From Candidatus Hydrogenedentota bacterium (GTDB lineage Bacteria > Hydrogenedentota > Hydrogenedentia > Hydrogenedentales > SLHB01), in the NCBI GenBank assembly GCA_963745075.1, contig CAVUWV010000001.1, positions 64,001 to 128,000 of the forward strand: DNA of 64,000 nt, read 5' to 3'. Both the position numbers and the translations under genes were made by a program. Below are positions 29,556 through 42,600 of the stretch, piece after piece. Below the pieces are notes generated by a model that saw only the letters and a program-made list of their open reading frames with translations, was not told the origin of the DNA and ran no database searches. Each line of letters opens with the position of its first letter. Within the stretch, counting starts at the first letter, position 1.

Positions 29556-30548
29556 ATGGAATACCGTCTTCTCGGAAAATCTGACCTGAACGTACCCGTC
29601 GTGTCATTCGGCGCTTGGGCTTTGGGCGGCTGGATGTGGGGTGGCACCGACGATGCCGCAGGCATCCGCGCGATTCACCGTGCCATCGATGAAGGCATCA
29701 CCTTGATCGATACCGCGCCCACCTACGGCATGGGCCACAGCGAACGCGTCGTGGGACAGGCCATCAAAGGCCGGCGGGACGACGTGCTCATCGCGACGAA
29801 GTGCGGCATCCGCTGGGACCTGGAAGGCGAGCATGAAGGAATGAAGACCCGCACCAATGAGGGCAATGAAGTGACACTGGTCCGGAATCTCACGCCGGAG
29901 TCGATCTTCCACGAAGTGGATCAAAGCCTGCAGCGTCTTGGAATCGATCGGATCGACCTCTACCAATGCCATTGGCCGGACCCCAACACGCCGATTGCGG
30001 AAACCATGGACGGCCTGTTGGAGGTTCAGAAGCAGGGCAAGGTACGCGCCATCGGCGTCAGCAATTTCACCGTGGAAATGATGCAGGAGTGCGTGAAGAA
30101 AGGGGCCATCGCAAGCGATCAGCCCCCGTACAACGCCCTCGAACGCCAAATCGAGAAGGACGTTTTGCCCTTCTGCGCGGACCAGCAAATTGGCGTCCTC
30201 GCCTACAGTCCCATCGCCCAGGGCCTCATGACCGGCAAGGTCACGCCGGACCGCACATTCAACGAGGGCGACGCGCGGGCCAAGAAGCCCTGGTTTTCGG
30301 TGGAAAACCGGAAGCGCATCCTGGCCATGTTGGAGAAGATCACGCCCATCGCGGACGCGCACGATGCGACGCTGGCCCAAATCGCCACGCGATGGGTCAT
30401 CGACCAACGTGGTATTACCACGGCCATCGTGGGCGCGCGGGACGAGCATCAGGTCGCGGAAAACGCGAAAGCCGGGTCAATCACGCTCTCGACCGACGAA
30501 TTGGCCACGATTCGTGCCGCTGTTGAGGAATTGGGCGACCCTGTCTAA
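29556..30548 (+). CDS. aldo/keto reductase
   Basis: GAWALGG, IDTAPTYG, IATKCG, IDLYQCHWPD, IGVSNF, YSPIAQGLM; GGAGGA RBS. Confidence 0.93.
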   Translation: MEYRLLGKSDLNVPVVSFGAWALGGWMWGGTDDAAGIRAIHRAIDEGITLIDTAPTYGMGHSERVVGQAIKGRRDDVLIATKCGIRWDLEGEHEGMKTRTNEGNEVTLVRNLTPESIFHEVDQSLQRLGIDRIDLYQCHWPDPNTPIAETMDGLLEVQKQGKVRAIGVSNFTVEMMQECVKKGAIASDQPPYNALERQIEKDVLPFCADQQIGVLAYSPIAQGLMTGKVTPDRTFNEGDARAKKPWFSVENRKRILAMLEKITPIADAHDATLAQIATRWVIDQRGITTAIVGARDEHQVAENAKAGSITLSTDELATIRAAVEELGDPV

Positions 30549-30597
30549 CGTTACAACCCTTGACAATCCCCAATATGAAGTTAACCGAGGAGAAATC

Positions 30598-31800
30598 ATG
30601 CGATATCTGGCGTGTTTTGCCCTGATCGTTGCGGCGGCCGGCGCCGAGGACAACGTACTGTTCGGCCCCTACATCCAGAACGTGCAGACCGAACAAGCCA
30701 CGGTCGTCTGGATCACGTCGGACAACAGCGTCACCCTGGAAGGCGGGGACCAGCCTGTCACCCGCGAGGACTACCAGATGCATTCCGTGCGCTTCGATCA
30801 CCTCAAGCCGAACACGGAGTACACATATACCCTCGACAACGGCCTTAAAGGCAAGTACCGCACGGCGCCCGAAGGCAGCGCGAATTTCCGGTTCGTGGTA
30901 TACGGCGACAACCGGTCCCAGGAGGACGTGCATCAGCAAATCGTTGATCAGATTCGCAAACAGGAGAACGTCAGCCTCGTGTTGAATACCGGCGACCTCG
31001 TGCGGAGCGGGAGCGTTCTCGACGACTGGAAGAGTTTCTTCCGGGCAGCGGGACCGCTCATGGCTGAGACCTATTACATGCCGTGCCTGGGCAATCACGA
31101 GGACAACGCCGACGAGTATTTCGACTTCTTCGACCTGCCGGGTAACGAAGAACATTTCAGTTTCAACTGGGGCGGAGTCCATTTTGTTGCACTGAACACC
31201 GAAGCGCCGGACGTTCCCGACGGCATCGATGAGAGCGCCGAGACGAGTCTGTGGAATTCGGAGATCATGTGGAACTACTTCGCCCGGCAGCGCAAGTGGT
31301 TGGATCAGGATCTCCAGCACAACTACGGCGCGGACTTCCTCGTGGTGTACTTCCACGTGCCCATGTACGACACCAAGCTCTCGCGCCGCGAACCCCAGAT
31401 CGAGATCCGGCGGGCGTTCGCGGACATCCTCGAGAAGCACAAGGTCGAACTCGTGTTGAACGGCCACACCCACAACTACCAGCACCACCGCAAAGGCATG
31501 ACGCACTTCATCGTCACCGGCGGCGGCGGCGCGCCCCTCTACGATCTCGGCGATACGCTGGGCCCGGAGACAAACGGTGTCGAGATCGTGAAGCAGGAAA
31601 AGGTCCATCACTTCCTGGTCATCGACAAGGACGGCTGGCTGCTTCGCGTCAAGGCGATTCGGGTGGACGGCACGCCCATCGAGGAATTCACGGTAGAATC
31701 GCAAGCCGGTGCGCGCTTGGTCGACCGGCGGCTCGACGCCATCGGCGGGTTGCCCTGGGCCGGCAAGGCCCGCGAAAAAGCAGCGGCCGCAAATCACTGA
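30598..31800 (+). CDS. secreted metallophosphoesterase (purple acid phosphatase-like)
   Basis: Signal peptide, FN3-like N-domain, GDNR, TGDLV, GNHE, FHVP, GHTHNY; GAGGAG RBS. Confidence 0.88.
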   Translation: MRYLACFALIVAAAGAEDNVLFGPYIQNVQTEQATVVWITSDNSVTLEGGDQPVTREDYQMHSVRFDHLKPNTEYTYTLDNGLKGKYRTAPEGSANFRFVVYGDNRSQEDVHQQIVDQIRKQENVSLVLNTGDLVRSGSVLDDWKSFFRAAGPLMAETYYMPCLGNHEDNADEYFDFFDLPGNEEHFSFNWGGVHFVALNTEAPDVPDGIDESAETSLWNSEIMWNYFARQRKWLDQDLQHNYGADFLVVYFHVPMYDTKLSRREPQIEIRRAFADILEKHKVELVLNGHTHNYQHHRKGMTHFIVTGGGGAPLYDLGDTLGPETNGVEIVKQEKVHHFLVIDKDGWLLRVKAIRVDGTPIEEFTVESQAGARLVDRRLDAIGGLPWAGKAREKAAAANH

Positions 31801-31847
31801 CAGGGACGGATACGGAGCGGGCGAACACGGACCTACTCGGACTGCTA

Positions 31848-33254
31848 CTAGGCCATAGTATTGTTTTCGGCGACGACTTTGGCGGATTCGTCGATGGCCA
31901 GTGTGTTTTCTTTGCCGGCGCCGAGGGTGCAGGCGCGGATGGAGTTGACTTGGCCCGAGCCGGTCCAGCGGACGGCGGAGGGCATGAGCTTCTCGTCGCG
32001 GGAGTCAAGGATGGAGCAGCCGGATATGTTCACGTAGCTGCTGTCGGCGACGCGCAAGCCGGGGATGCCGGGGTCAGTGATCTGACACCCGTTCAGCGTG
32101 AACCGCTTGCACCGAAGTACCTCGATGGAGCCTTCCCGCTCGATGACGACCGGGGTGGACGGCACGGTGTGTTTCCCGGCGTATGAATCGCGGATGGCGG
32201 AGCCGCTGAAAATGCAGTCCGTCGAGTCTTCGAACGTGATTCCCGTGGCCAGCGCGTTGGGCAGGTAGTCACGGTTGTGGTTGAAGCAATTGCCCGTGGC
32301 GACGATATTGCGGCTGTTCCGGACGTGCAGGTTGCGCTGGTGCCCGCTGTAGATGAAGTTGCCGCTCAGCGTGATCCCATCGCACCGATCGAGCATCACG
32401 TTGGATTCCTGGCTGCCGATCAGGTTGCCGGTGATAGACAACATGCCGACGCCGGCCTTGGTTTCGACGTCGCTGCCGATGAGCATGATGTTGGCGCCGC
32501 CGGGCGAGTAGCGCGACTGGATCGTGTTGCTGACGATGGTGCCTTCGCGCATGGACGCCGCTTCTTCGGTGCACTCGATCCAGATCTCAGCGGACGGCGC
32601 CGGATTCTCGCCCGCTTGCTGGTCGTAGTTGTATTCGATGTCGTTGCCCGTGATCTGGACGTTGCGCATCTGGCCCTGGAGGATCTTGATGCCGGACTGG
32701 GCGTTGTAGCTGATGTGTGAACTGGCGATGATGACCTGGTGCAGGTTGACGTTGTCGAAGAACACGCCGATGCCGCGGTTGTGGTAGATGTGGCAGTGGG
32801 AAATGAGCACGTTGCGCGCGCGTTGGCGGAAGTGGATCCCGTGCCGGAGTTCGCGCAGGAGGACCCCTTCGAAAGTGCTCTGCATCGTGCCTTCGAGGTA
32901 CACGCCGTCCGCCTCCGCATGACGGCCTTCGATTTCGAGGTTCATCACGGTCGGCATGCGTTCACGGATCCAGACGCCGGGCTCGAAGCTGCTGGGTTCG
33001 GCGCTCTGCTCGTGGCTGCCGAGTATGCGGAACGCGGGACCCGCACCTTCCATGATGATCTTCGCCGTGCCGCCGGTACCGTTCAGGCAAACTCGCCCGG
33101 TCTTGGATTCGTCGAGGACGATGCCCTTGGTGATCCGATAATCGCCCGGCGGAAAGAGGATTTCGTTGGCCCCGTTCTCGACGGCATGTTGGATCGCGTT
33201 ACTATCATCGATTTCGCCATTCCCCGCGGCCCCAAAATCACGTACACTTCGCAT
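31848..33254 (-). CDS. right-handed parallel beta-helix protein
   Basis: SVRDFGAAGNGEIDDSNAIQ N-terminus and ITGN/ISHC repeats; GGAGG RBS. Confidence 0.85.
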   Translation of the reverse strand: MRSVRDFGAAGNGEIDDSNAIQHAVENGANEILFPPGDYRITKGIVLDESKTGRVCLNGTGGTAKIIMEGAGPAFRILGSHEQSAEPSSFEPGVWIRERMPTVMNLEIEGRHAEADGVYLEGTMQSTFEGVLLRELRHGIHFRQRARNVLISHCHIYHNRGIGVFFDNVNLHQVIIASSHISYNAQSGIKILQGQMRNVQITGNDIEYNYDQQAGENPAPSAEIWIECTEEAASMREGTIVSNTIQSRYSPGGANIMLIGSDVETKAGVGMLSITGNLIGSQESNVMLDRCDGITLSGNFIYSGHQRNLHVRNSRNIVATGNCFNHNRDYLPNALATGITFEDSTDCIFSGSAIRDSYAGKHTVPSTPVVIEREGSIEVLRCKRFTLNGCQITDPGIPGLRVADSSYVNISGCSILDSRDEKLMPSAVRWTGSGQVNSIRACTLGAGKENTLAIDESAKVVAENNTMA

Positions 33255-33446
33255 GGAACGAGACCTCCGTTTCGTGGTTTGCCGATTGTCTTCGCAGTGT
33301 GGGGGATGCCGGCCGGCAAATCAAGACTGTCGACGACACGTGCGAACGAAGGGATCTTGGCGTAGTCCTGGACGTGCGCGACCCCACCTCGCTCTGCATC
33401 AATGATGTACAATCGCGCCATGTGAATTTGGATTCGAGATCGCACT

Positions 33447-35051
33447 ATGACCATGCCGGTGAAAAATACGATAGCCCGAAATACTGCGTTCAACGCTGCG
33501 GGGCGGCTTTGGGAGGCCGTAGCGGGGGTCGTGCTCCTGGCGTACGTCGTTCGCACGTTGGATCAAGCTGGTTACGGGATGTGGTCGTTACTGGGGCCGT
33601 TCCTGGGGTACGTCGCATTGCTGGATCTCGGCATTGGAAGCGGCTATGGAAAGTTCATCGCCGAGTACCGCGCGCGGCGTGAGGACGACCGCATCTCGGA
33701 CGTGGTGACCACCGGACTCTGCGCGTACGCACTGCTAGGGTTGGCGATCGTAGCGTTCGGATGGGCGTTTGTCGACCGCGCCGTTGATTGGGTCATCCGA
33801 CTTCAGGAGTACCGGGGCGCCGACGTGCCGCGAACCTGGGTGGTCGAGGACGTGCGATTCCTGTTTCGCTGGGGACTTGTCCTCATGGCCGTTTCCGGGT
33901 GCGTGAACGTGTTCTCGGCAATTCAAACCGGACTCCAGCGCATGGGCGTGACAAATGTCATCAGTTTTGTCATGTCCATAGTGAAGATCGCCGCAACCGT
34001 CTACTTTCTGGAATCCGGCTACGGCGTGCGCGGTTTGCTGTTTGCCAACGCGGTCGTCCTGATCCTCTTTGCGCCGGCCAGCATAGCAACCGGTTTCGCT
34101 CTACTCCCGTCGCTACGCGTTTCCCCGCGACACCTGAACATGGACGTTTTCGGGAGACTCTTCGGTTTTGGGTGGCGGACACAGGTTTCGCGCCTGTCCA
34201 ACCTCGTGACGTTTGAGACCGACATGATTGTAATTGGCCTCTTTCTTGGCGGTGTCGGGGCGGTCGGCGTCTATCAAGCCGGTGTCAATCTCGTCAACAA
34301 AGTGCGGCAAGCCCCCCTCGTGCTCTTGAGCGCATTGATTCCCGCGGCGTCCGAACTCGACGCACGCCGGGACGAGGAGCGCTTCGCCCAATTGTATCTG
34401 CGATCTACCAAATACGTTGCCGCGGTGGCCGTTCCGCTTTTCTGCTTGAGCTTCGGGCTGGCGGGGCCTATCGTTCGTACCATGTTCGGCCCCGGTTTCG
34501 AGACGGCTGCGTGGGTTGTCCGCATCCTCGCAATGGGGTATCTCGCCAACGTGCTGGCGGGTGCGGGAATCGCTCTGGCACTGGGAAAAGGGCGGCCAGA
34601 ACTCCAAATGCGAGCCGGGATCATCGCCATGGTCGTAAACGCGGCGCTCACGGTGGTCCTGTATCTTGCCATTGGTTTCTACGGCGTTCCCGTTGCGACC
34701 AGCGCAGCCATGGTTGTTGCCAGCCTTTGGTTCGTTTACCGGATGCGAAAGGAGACCCGCGTTTCGGTTCGCGAATTGGCGCGAACCGCGCTGGCGTGGC
34801 CCCTGCTCGCGATCGCGCCGGGCCTGGTGTTCTGCATCACCGCGGATTGGCAGACCCGAAACGTGGAAAGCTGGTTTCTGAATCTCCTCACCGTCGCCGC
34901 GGGTTCCGGGTGCGCGACGATCCCCTACCTATTGATTGTGCGGAACGCTCCGTATCTCGACGATTTCGATTGGCGGTTCCTGGAGGAGCATCTCTGGCTG
35001 CGGCATGTACCCTGGTTACGACCGATGGGCCGACACGGTGAACGATCATGA
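33447..35051 (+). CDS. Wzx-like oligosaccharide flippase (MOP superfamily)
   Basis: About 12-14 TM helices; IARNTAFN, YGMWSL, LLDLGIG, VGVYQAG. Confidence 0.82.
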   Translation: MTMPVKNTIARNTAFNAAGRLWEAVAGVVLLAYVVRTLDQAGYGMWSLLGPFLGYVALLDLGIGSGYGKFIAEYRARREDDRISDVVTTGLCAYALLGLAIVAFGWAFVDRAVDWVIRLQEYRGADVPRTWVVEDVRFLFRWGLVLMAVSGCVNVFSAIQTGLQRMGVTNVISFVMSIVKIAATVYFLESGYGVRGLLFANAVVLILFAPASIATGFALLPSLRVSPRHLNMDVFGRLFGFGWRTQVSRLSNLVTFETDMIVIGLFLGGVGAVGVYQAGVNLVNKVRQAPLVLLSALIPAASELDARRDEERFAQLYLRSTKYVAAVAVPLFCLSFGLAGPIVRTMFGPGFETAAWVVRILAMGYLANVLAGAGIALALGKGRPELQMRAGIIAMVVNAALTVVLYLAIGFYGVPVATSAAMVVASLWFVYRMRKETRVSVRELARTALAWPLLAIAPGLVFCITADWQTRNVESWFLNLLTVAAGSGCATIPYLLIVRNAPYLDDFDWRFLEEHLWLRHVPWLRPMGRHGERS

Positions 35052-36925
35052 GCCGAGACCACGAACGAACGCCCATTTGGGCTTGGCTGATTATCCTCGT
35101 CTTAGCTTCGACAGAGCCTCTCGCGCACCTGTGGATTACATACGGGCTTCCCCCCGGAAGCGTGCCCACGGGTCTTCATGTTCCCGATACCGTCTGTTTC
35201 CGTGTATTCATGGATATGGTTGAGTCGGATTTCCATCTGCCGCAGGCGACGTGCAAAGCGCCGCATGGGGCAAACTTCATGGGCTATTTTGCGATGCCCT
35301 ACAGTTGGATCTACGGCGTCTTGGGTGCTGTCGGTCACGTCCTTGGACTCAATGATTTTCTTTTGCTCGGCTTCGCGAACGGAGCGGCTGGCGCGATATA
35401 TTTGTGGGTTGTATACCGATTCCTGAGACGGGCCGCCTCCCGATACGCGAATCTGGCCTTTGTCCTCTTCACCGTCGGCGGCGGATTGGGGGGGCTGTTG
35501 TACGTGATCACGGGGTTGTTGGGACTACACGGAGCCTCCTACTTTGAGGCAAATTTCGCCCGTTACGCGCTCTACGAACTCATCGAGGGACCCTGTCTTT
35601 CCCCAGTTCTCCAATTTCCCCGTCTCTATTATTGCGTCGGTTTCATCTTGTGTTACGGGGGCCTGATCGCGCTGATCAATGCCTGCCAGCGGTTCGTTGT
35701 GCGCCGTGTATGCGTACTTGTCCTGTTGATGTTCCTGGCCTCGTTTCTGCACGCACGGTTCGGTCCCCTCACATGGGTGATCGGAATGTTCTACTTGTAC
35801 ACGCAGGAAGACGTTTCCCCAAAGACGCGAACTGGATTGGCAGGCGCGATCACCGGAGCGACCTTCCTGGGTGTCGCCGCGAGCATGGGCCTCATGACGT
35901 TCAACCCCAGCTTCGTCGGGTCGACGACAAGCACCGTCCGGCAAGCCATGTGGCTCTTTCCATTCCTGAGCGCGGCATTCTTCTACATCGTTCTCGTACC
36001 TTGCGAAATCGGGTGCACGATGCGTCGTCTGCCGCGTATAGGCCGGGCATGTTGCTGGGGCGCTGTCGCGTACTTGGCCGCGTTCACGTTGCTCTACTTG
36101 GCCCATCAGGTCTACTGGGGCAACTATTGGAAAGGAGGCGAGCCCGAGGCAGCGCTATTCAGTTCGGACAAAGCCCTGGCCGGCGCGCTCGTGGGGTTTC
36201 TCCTGGGACTCACCCGGCGGTCCCGAAACCGATTGCCCGATACCGAGCTGGGCTGGGTTGTGCTTTGGTTTCTGGCGTTTCTGTGTTTCGCACTTTCGAC
36301 CTGGGGTCGCGGTTACATTCTTGGACTCTCCCCGCAACGGGCCATGGCGATGCTTGGAGTGCCGCTGGCGCTGTTGGCCGCGCACCGCGTTCACGTGCTG
36401 CGGATTCATCACCCCAAATTCGCCCGAGGCGTCGTCGCGGTCATCGTGACATGCGGAATCACGTCTATTGCGGTGAGCGCGACCTGTTTCCAGGGCCCGC
36501 TCTTCCATAGACCCGGCAAGGGACCGTTCGCCTGGCACCATGTCGAATCCATGACTCCGAACGACGCGGAAGTGCTCGAGTATCTGAACTCCGGCGTGGT
36601 GTTGTCGACACGACCACTCAGCAACGTCGTCGCCCTTCGGCCTGGGAACCAAGTGACACTTGGTGCCGCGACCGGACTGGGGGACCAAGTGTATGAAACG
36701 ATGGAGGAAGGCGTCGACCGGTTCTTTTCTCCCGACGCGGGACCCGAGTTTCGTGTCGACTATTTGAAGGAATGGTGTATCGACTACGTATTCTGCCCGG
36801 ATACTTTTCCGGTATCACCGGAGACCGTCCGGCAGCTTCGTCAAATGGATGAACTGGAAGTCGTCGCGGAAGCAGGGGACGCCGTGCTGTTTCGAACACG
36901 CGATACGGAGAGTGCCGGACCTTAG
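35048..36925 (+). CDS. polytopic membrane protein with C-terminal extracytoplasmic domain (possible GT-C-like)
   Basis: About 13 TM helices; ATGA overlap with the flippase; C-terminal YLKEWCIDYVF. Confidence 0.65.
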   Translation: MSRDHERTPIWAWLIILVLASTEPLAHLWITYGLPPGSVPTGLHVPDTVCFRVFMDMVESDFHLPQATCKAPHGANFMGYFAMPYSWIYGVLGAVGHVLGLNDFLLLGFANGAAGAIYLWVVYRFLRRAASRYANLAFVLFTVGGGLGGLLYVITGLLGLHGASYFEANFARYALYELIEGPCLSPVLQFPRLYYCVGFILCYGGLIALINACQRFVVRRVCVLVLLMFLASFLHARFGPLTWVIGMFYLYTQEDVSPKTRTGLAGAITGATFLGVAASMGLMTFNPSFVGSTTSTVRQAMWLFPFLSAAFFYIVLVPCEIGCTMRRLPRIGRACCWGAVAYLAAFTLLYLAHQVYWGNYWKGGEPEAALFSSDKALAGALVGFLLGLTRRSRNRLPDTELGWVVLWFLAFLCFALSTWGRGYILGLSPQRAMAMLGVPLALLAAHRVHVLRIHHPKFARGVVAVIVTCGITSIAVSATCFQGPLFHRPGKGPFAWHHVESMTPNDAEVLEYLNSGVVLSTRPLSNVVALRPGNQVTLGAATGLGDQVYETMEEGVDRFFSPDAGPEFRVDYLKEWCIDYVFCPDTFPVSPETVRQLRQMDELEVVAEAGDAVLFRTRDTESAGP

Positions 36926-37205
36926 CCCGGAATTCTGACACGCACCAAACGTCGAATCCGTAACCCCAAACCGCCCTGGAGCTTCGCGTGCCGGCCCGAG
37001 CGTTTTGGGTTCACGGAGCGCGTGCGAGAATTCCTCAACAGTGAGCCCACCGTTTTTCTCGAAAGCATTTCTCACCGCGTCCAAGGTACGGTCGGCAAGA
37101 CGACGACTTTCGGGGTGGTGAGAAATGCGGATTAGCCCCCGATCCGGCTCGCACCTGGTGCCGACACCGGGATCTCGACGCCAGTCGAAAAGAGTTTGGG
37201 TTGGT

Positions 37206-38021
37206 TCAGTGGTCGTCCACCGGGTTCTCGCCCAATAGCAGCCGCAGAACGGCATTGGCCTGATGATGGGCCGCCACGCCGACCCGCGGCGCCATGAGCC
37301 CCGTGCCGGGTTGCGCCGCCGTGACGAGATCGCCGATTACCGTGATGCCTTTCCCGAGCTTGCGCGTAACGACGGTGTTACTCGGGGCGTGGCCCGCAAG
37401 GCCAGTCGCCACGACGATGGGAACGTCCGGCCGGGAGCGCCGAAACGTTTCCGTCAGCATCGCTTTCTCTTCCGCCACGTCGAAGGCCTCAGCCAGGACG
37501 TCAACGTGCGCGAATATGCGCGAAACGTTTTTCGGCGTGAGGCGTTCGGTGTGCACTTCGAGTGATACGTACGGATTGATGCGCGCCAGATTTGCGCTCA
37601 AGGCCTGCGTCTTGACCATGCCGATCTGATCGATGAAATACTGTTGGCGGTTCAGATTGCTCGGTTCCACCACGTCGAAGTCCACCAGCACCAGTTTGCC
37701 CACACCGACCCGGGCTAAGGCTACGGCAATGGCCGAACCCAAGCCACCGAGCCCGGCGATACCGACGCTGGATTTCTTGAGCGTTCGGTGCACGCCCGGG
37801 GTGTGGCGCGCAGCCATCAAGGCTTCCATTTCATCTTGCGCGGGGGCTTCCCCGCGCCGGATGAACACGACCTCGTCCCCCTCGGAGAGCACGCAGTCGT
37901 GCCGCACGGGGGCGCCGTTCAAGACCACCACGTCCGCGTCGTGCTTCACGGCGTCGCGCAAGCCAAACAACGTGGCGCCATCTTCGAGGTCATAGGGCTT
38001 TTCAGACAACAGAATTCGCAT
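37206..38021 (-). CDS. thiF: sulfur-carrier adenylyltransferase ThiF with N-terminal ThiS-like domain
   Basis: GIAGLGGLGS, DFDVVEPSNLNRQ, EAFD, MAPRVGVAAHHQAN; AAGGA RBS. Confidence 0.85.
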   Translation of the reverse strand: MRILLSEKPYDLEDGATLFGLRDAVKHDADVVVLNGAPVRHDCVLSEGDEVVFIRRGEAPAQDEMEALMAARHTPGVHRTLKKSSVGIAGLGGLGSAIAVALARVGVGKLVLVDFDVVEPSNLNRQQYFIDQIGMVKTQALSANLARINPYVSLEVHTERLTPKNVSRIFAHVDVLAEAFDVAEEKAMLTETFRRSRPDVPIVVATGLAGHAPSNTVVTRKLGKGITVIGDLVTAAQPGTGLMAPRVGVAAHHQANAVLRLLLGENPVDDH

Positions 38022-38095
38022 CGTACGTTCCTTCTCGATGAGTGCAGCACCACGTACGATTGTACCAGACATTCGGTACGCGCGGCGTGATGTCG

Positions 38096-38125
38096 AAAAA
38101 AAGGACCCGCGAGACGCGGGTCCTT
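38096..38125 (-). terminator. intrinsic terminator after the Gfo/Idh/MocA gene
   Basis: Minus strand AAGGACCCGCG-TCT-CGCGGGTCC followed by T7. Confidence 0.85.
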
Positions 38126-38148
38126 CACTCGGCACAGATGATAAAATA

Positions 38149-39483
<1,335 letters not shown>

Positions 39484-39683
39484 GGCTACCTCCGTTACAC
39501 ATTCGTCTAATGGATACACGCGCCGCAGATTGGCGCTCAGCCCCATCATGCTACTCCAAAAACAGCTCGAATTAAAGTGCGATTTGATTCGGTCGGCGGG
39601 GTGTGCGAGGCTCGCGTAAGGTGAGTGTCGTTTCGCCGCCTTGGGAGGGACTTCGCTATCGCGGTAATCGGCAGGGAGATACA

Positions 39684-42600
39684 ATGGTGCACGGTGCAAT
39701 TCTCAGTGCGGCGATCGCAATCGGCCTCGCGGGAAACCCGGTTTCCGCGAACGGATTTGCTCCATTACAGCCCAATCAATTGACGATTCGCGGCCGCGAC
39801 GCCCACCCCTGCGTCAGCTTGAATCCGGAAGACGTGAAACAAGCCAAGCAGCGCATCGAGCACGATGCCTGGGCGCGCAAGTTGCGCGACGGTATCATCG
39901 CGTCGGCGGACACGTGGCTGCGCGAATCCGACGCGTTCTGGCTGCGCTTTCTGCCCGAGCCGGGCGCTTGTTACGCCTACGGATTCACCGGCGATCCGAT
40001 TACGGGAACCTCCTTCGGGACCTGGGCGGGCGCCCGCTGCGACTGGGATCATCCCGGACAGGTGCGAAACACGGAGGGGCGATGGCTACCGGACGAGGAA
40101 TACCCGGACAGCGGCGAAGGATACGTCGCGCCCGACGGACGCATTCACTACTTCGTCGGCATCTTCAATGCCTGGGTCACCGAACAGTGGACCTTGAACG
40201 CCCTGCCCGCGCTTTCGCAAGCCTATCTTTTAACCGGTGACGAACGCTACGCCGACCGCGGCACCCTGTTGCTGGATGCCCTGGCGTCTATCTACTCCGA
40301 GTCGACGTCCGGTTCCTGGGATTATCCGAGCAACCCGCCCAGCGGCCGCTTTGCGCGTCCCTGGTACCAGGTGGCGCGAACGCTGGTGAAGTATGTTGAT
40401 CAGTATGACTTCCTGTACAACAGCCCATCCATGGACAAATCGTCGTTGCGCGACGGACTGACGCGGCGCGAAAATATCGAGCAACACCTGCTGTTGGACG
40501 GCGCGTATTACTGTTACCAACACAGCTTCGATGGGGCATTGCATAACGGTCACGCGGACTATCTGCGCGGCGCCCTCGCCGTCGGATGTGTGCTGGACGT
40601 ACCGGAGTACGTTGCGGCGGCGGTTGAAAGCCCTTTTTCCATCTACACGATGCTCGCCAACAATATCGACCGCGACGGGAGATATTACGAAACCGCGCTG
40701 GCGTATGCCATTCACGCGCGGTTGCTCTACCTGACCTTCGCGGATCCCCTGTACAACCTGCGGAGCGCCGAATATCCGGACGGCATCAATCTCTACGACG
40801 ATCCCCGCATGGAGGCGAGTCTGTTTCTGCCCGACCTCCAAGTGGAACTTGCCGGACGCCGGCCCAATTTCGGCGACAGCGCGCCGGACACAGTTTACCG
40901 AAAGCCACCGGAGCATCCGTTCTCGAAAACGGACTACCAGTTCCTGGAGCGCCTGTACGCGATGGCCTCCGATCCCGCAAAACGGGATGAGTACGGGAAA
41001 GCACTTCAATACCTGGCCGAGGACGATCTCAACCGGTTGCGAACGGAGAATCCGGACCAATGGCTGCTTTGGCACGCCGCCGAGCCGCCCACGGAACATG
41101 GTGAACTCACGCCTATCATCACGGCCCGCCTCCACGGTTCGTGGGTAGCCGGCACCAAAGGAATGGCACTCCTGCGCGGCGGCAAACAAGCCGCATTGGT
41201 CCGCTACGGGCCGAGTTTGAACCACGGCGATCCCGACGATTTGGGGTTGCTCTACTACGCGGACGGCTACGAGTCGAGCTACGACATCGGGTACGGCTTG
41301 GGCAGCACCCACGTGCACGTCGGGTGGGCGTCGAGCACGGCCAGCCATTGCCTCGTCACCGTGGACGAAACCAATCAGCTTCAAGGCGAAGGGTCGGGCG
41401 GAAGCTTGAACTTTTTTGGTTCCCTGCCCGGCGTGCAGGTCGTGGACGTGTCAAGCCCACTCAGTTACTCGGAGCAAGGCGTGACCGAATACCGCCGGAC
41501 CGTCGCGCTCGTGAATGTCGGCGGGTATCTCGTGGACATCTTTCGCGTGACCGGTGGCCGCCAGCACGACTACGGCTTTGGGAGCATCGGCACCGATCTC
41601 TCCATCGACGGGGTGCCGGAGTTGACGCCCCAGGAAGGCAGCCTCGCCGAAGGCTACGACTGGGGCCGTCAAATCGGCAATGACGGCGACATCAAAGGTT
41701 ATCCCAACAAACCCTATTGGAATCCGCCGCCCGGCAACGGGTACGGTTTCTTCTTTGACGTTCGCCGCGGCAAACCGGACCCGGTATGGTCGGGTACCTG
41801 GGACATCGCCGGGGACGTGCCGACCCGATTCCGCATGCTCATGCTGGGCGATCCGGGCGAAGCCATCGTCGCATCCGCGCCGGGGCTATATCCGACGAAG
41901 CCGCTGTCGAGCTACGTCATATCGCGCCGAATCGCAGACAGTGACAGCCCCCTGCAAAGTACTTTCATCGCAGTCTACGAGCCGTATCGGACCGATCCGT
42001 CGGATCCGCCCGATCGGACGACCGGCCCCGCGCCCATACTCGGTACCGTTCGCCGTGTCGGCGCCACTGCATTGGAAATCAACCGCCTGGATGGCGCCAT
42101 CGATCTGATCCTCTGCGGGTCCGCTCAAGTCGAAACATCCTACGGCTCGGTAACCTTCGACGGCGACTTCGGGTACCTCACCGGCGACGGCACGCACGTA
42201 AAGAGCGCGCAGTTGCTGGGCTGTGACCGTTTGGCCGTGGGAGACACTATCTTCGACGAAGGGCCAGCCGCTTTCGAGGCGAAAGTCGTGTCCGTGGACC
42301 CGGAAACCTGTGCGGTGGATGTGGACCAGACCGTTCCGGATGGCCTGGAACAATACATCGCCGTGTTCAGTAACCCTGCGTATTCACGAACGACCGCCTA
42401 TCATATTGCCACAGGACGTGGGAAGCGGCTGACCCTTCAAGGCAGTTCGCTCGTACTGGGAAAGGGACGCGTCCAGGAAATACGTGATGACAAGACCATC
42501 GTCAGCGACGTGACCCACGAATACGCGAAGACCGTCCGGGTCATGCGTTCCACCCGGTTCTTTGATGGCAAGCGCGTTGTCGGACCGAAGGGATCGGCCA

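Noticed and set aside
37066..37129. Inverted repeat gcatttctcacc...ggtgagaaatgc as an ncRNA
   Set aside because: A single 12-bp stem between convergent genes, most simply a terminator or REP-like hairpin; no further support
38022..38100. TPP riboswitch upstream of thiF
   Set aside because: The leader is short and lacks the conserved CTGAGA core
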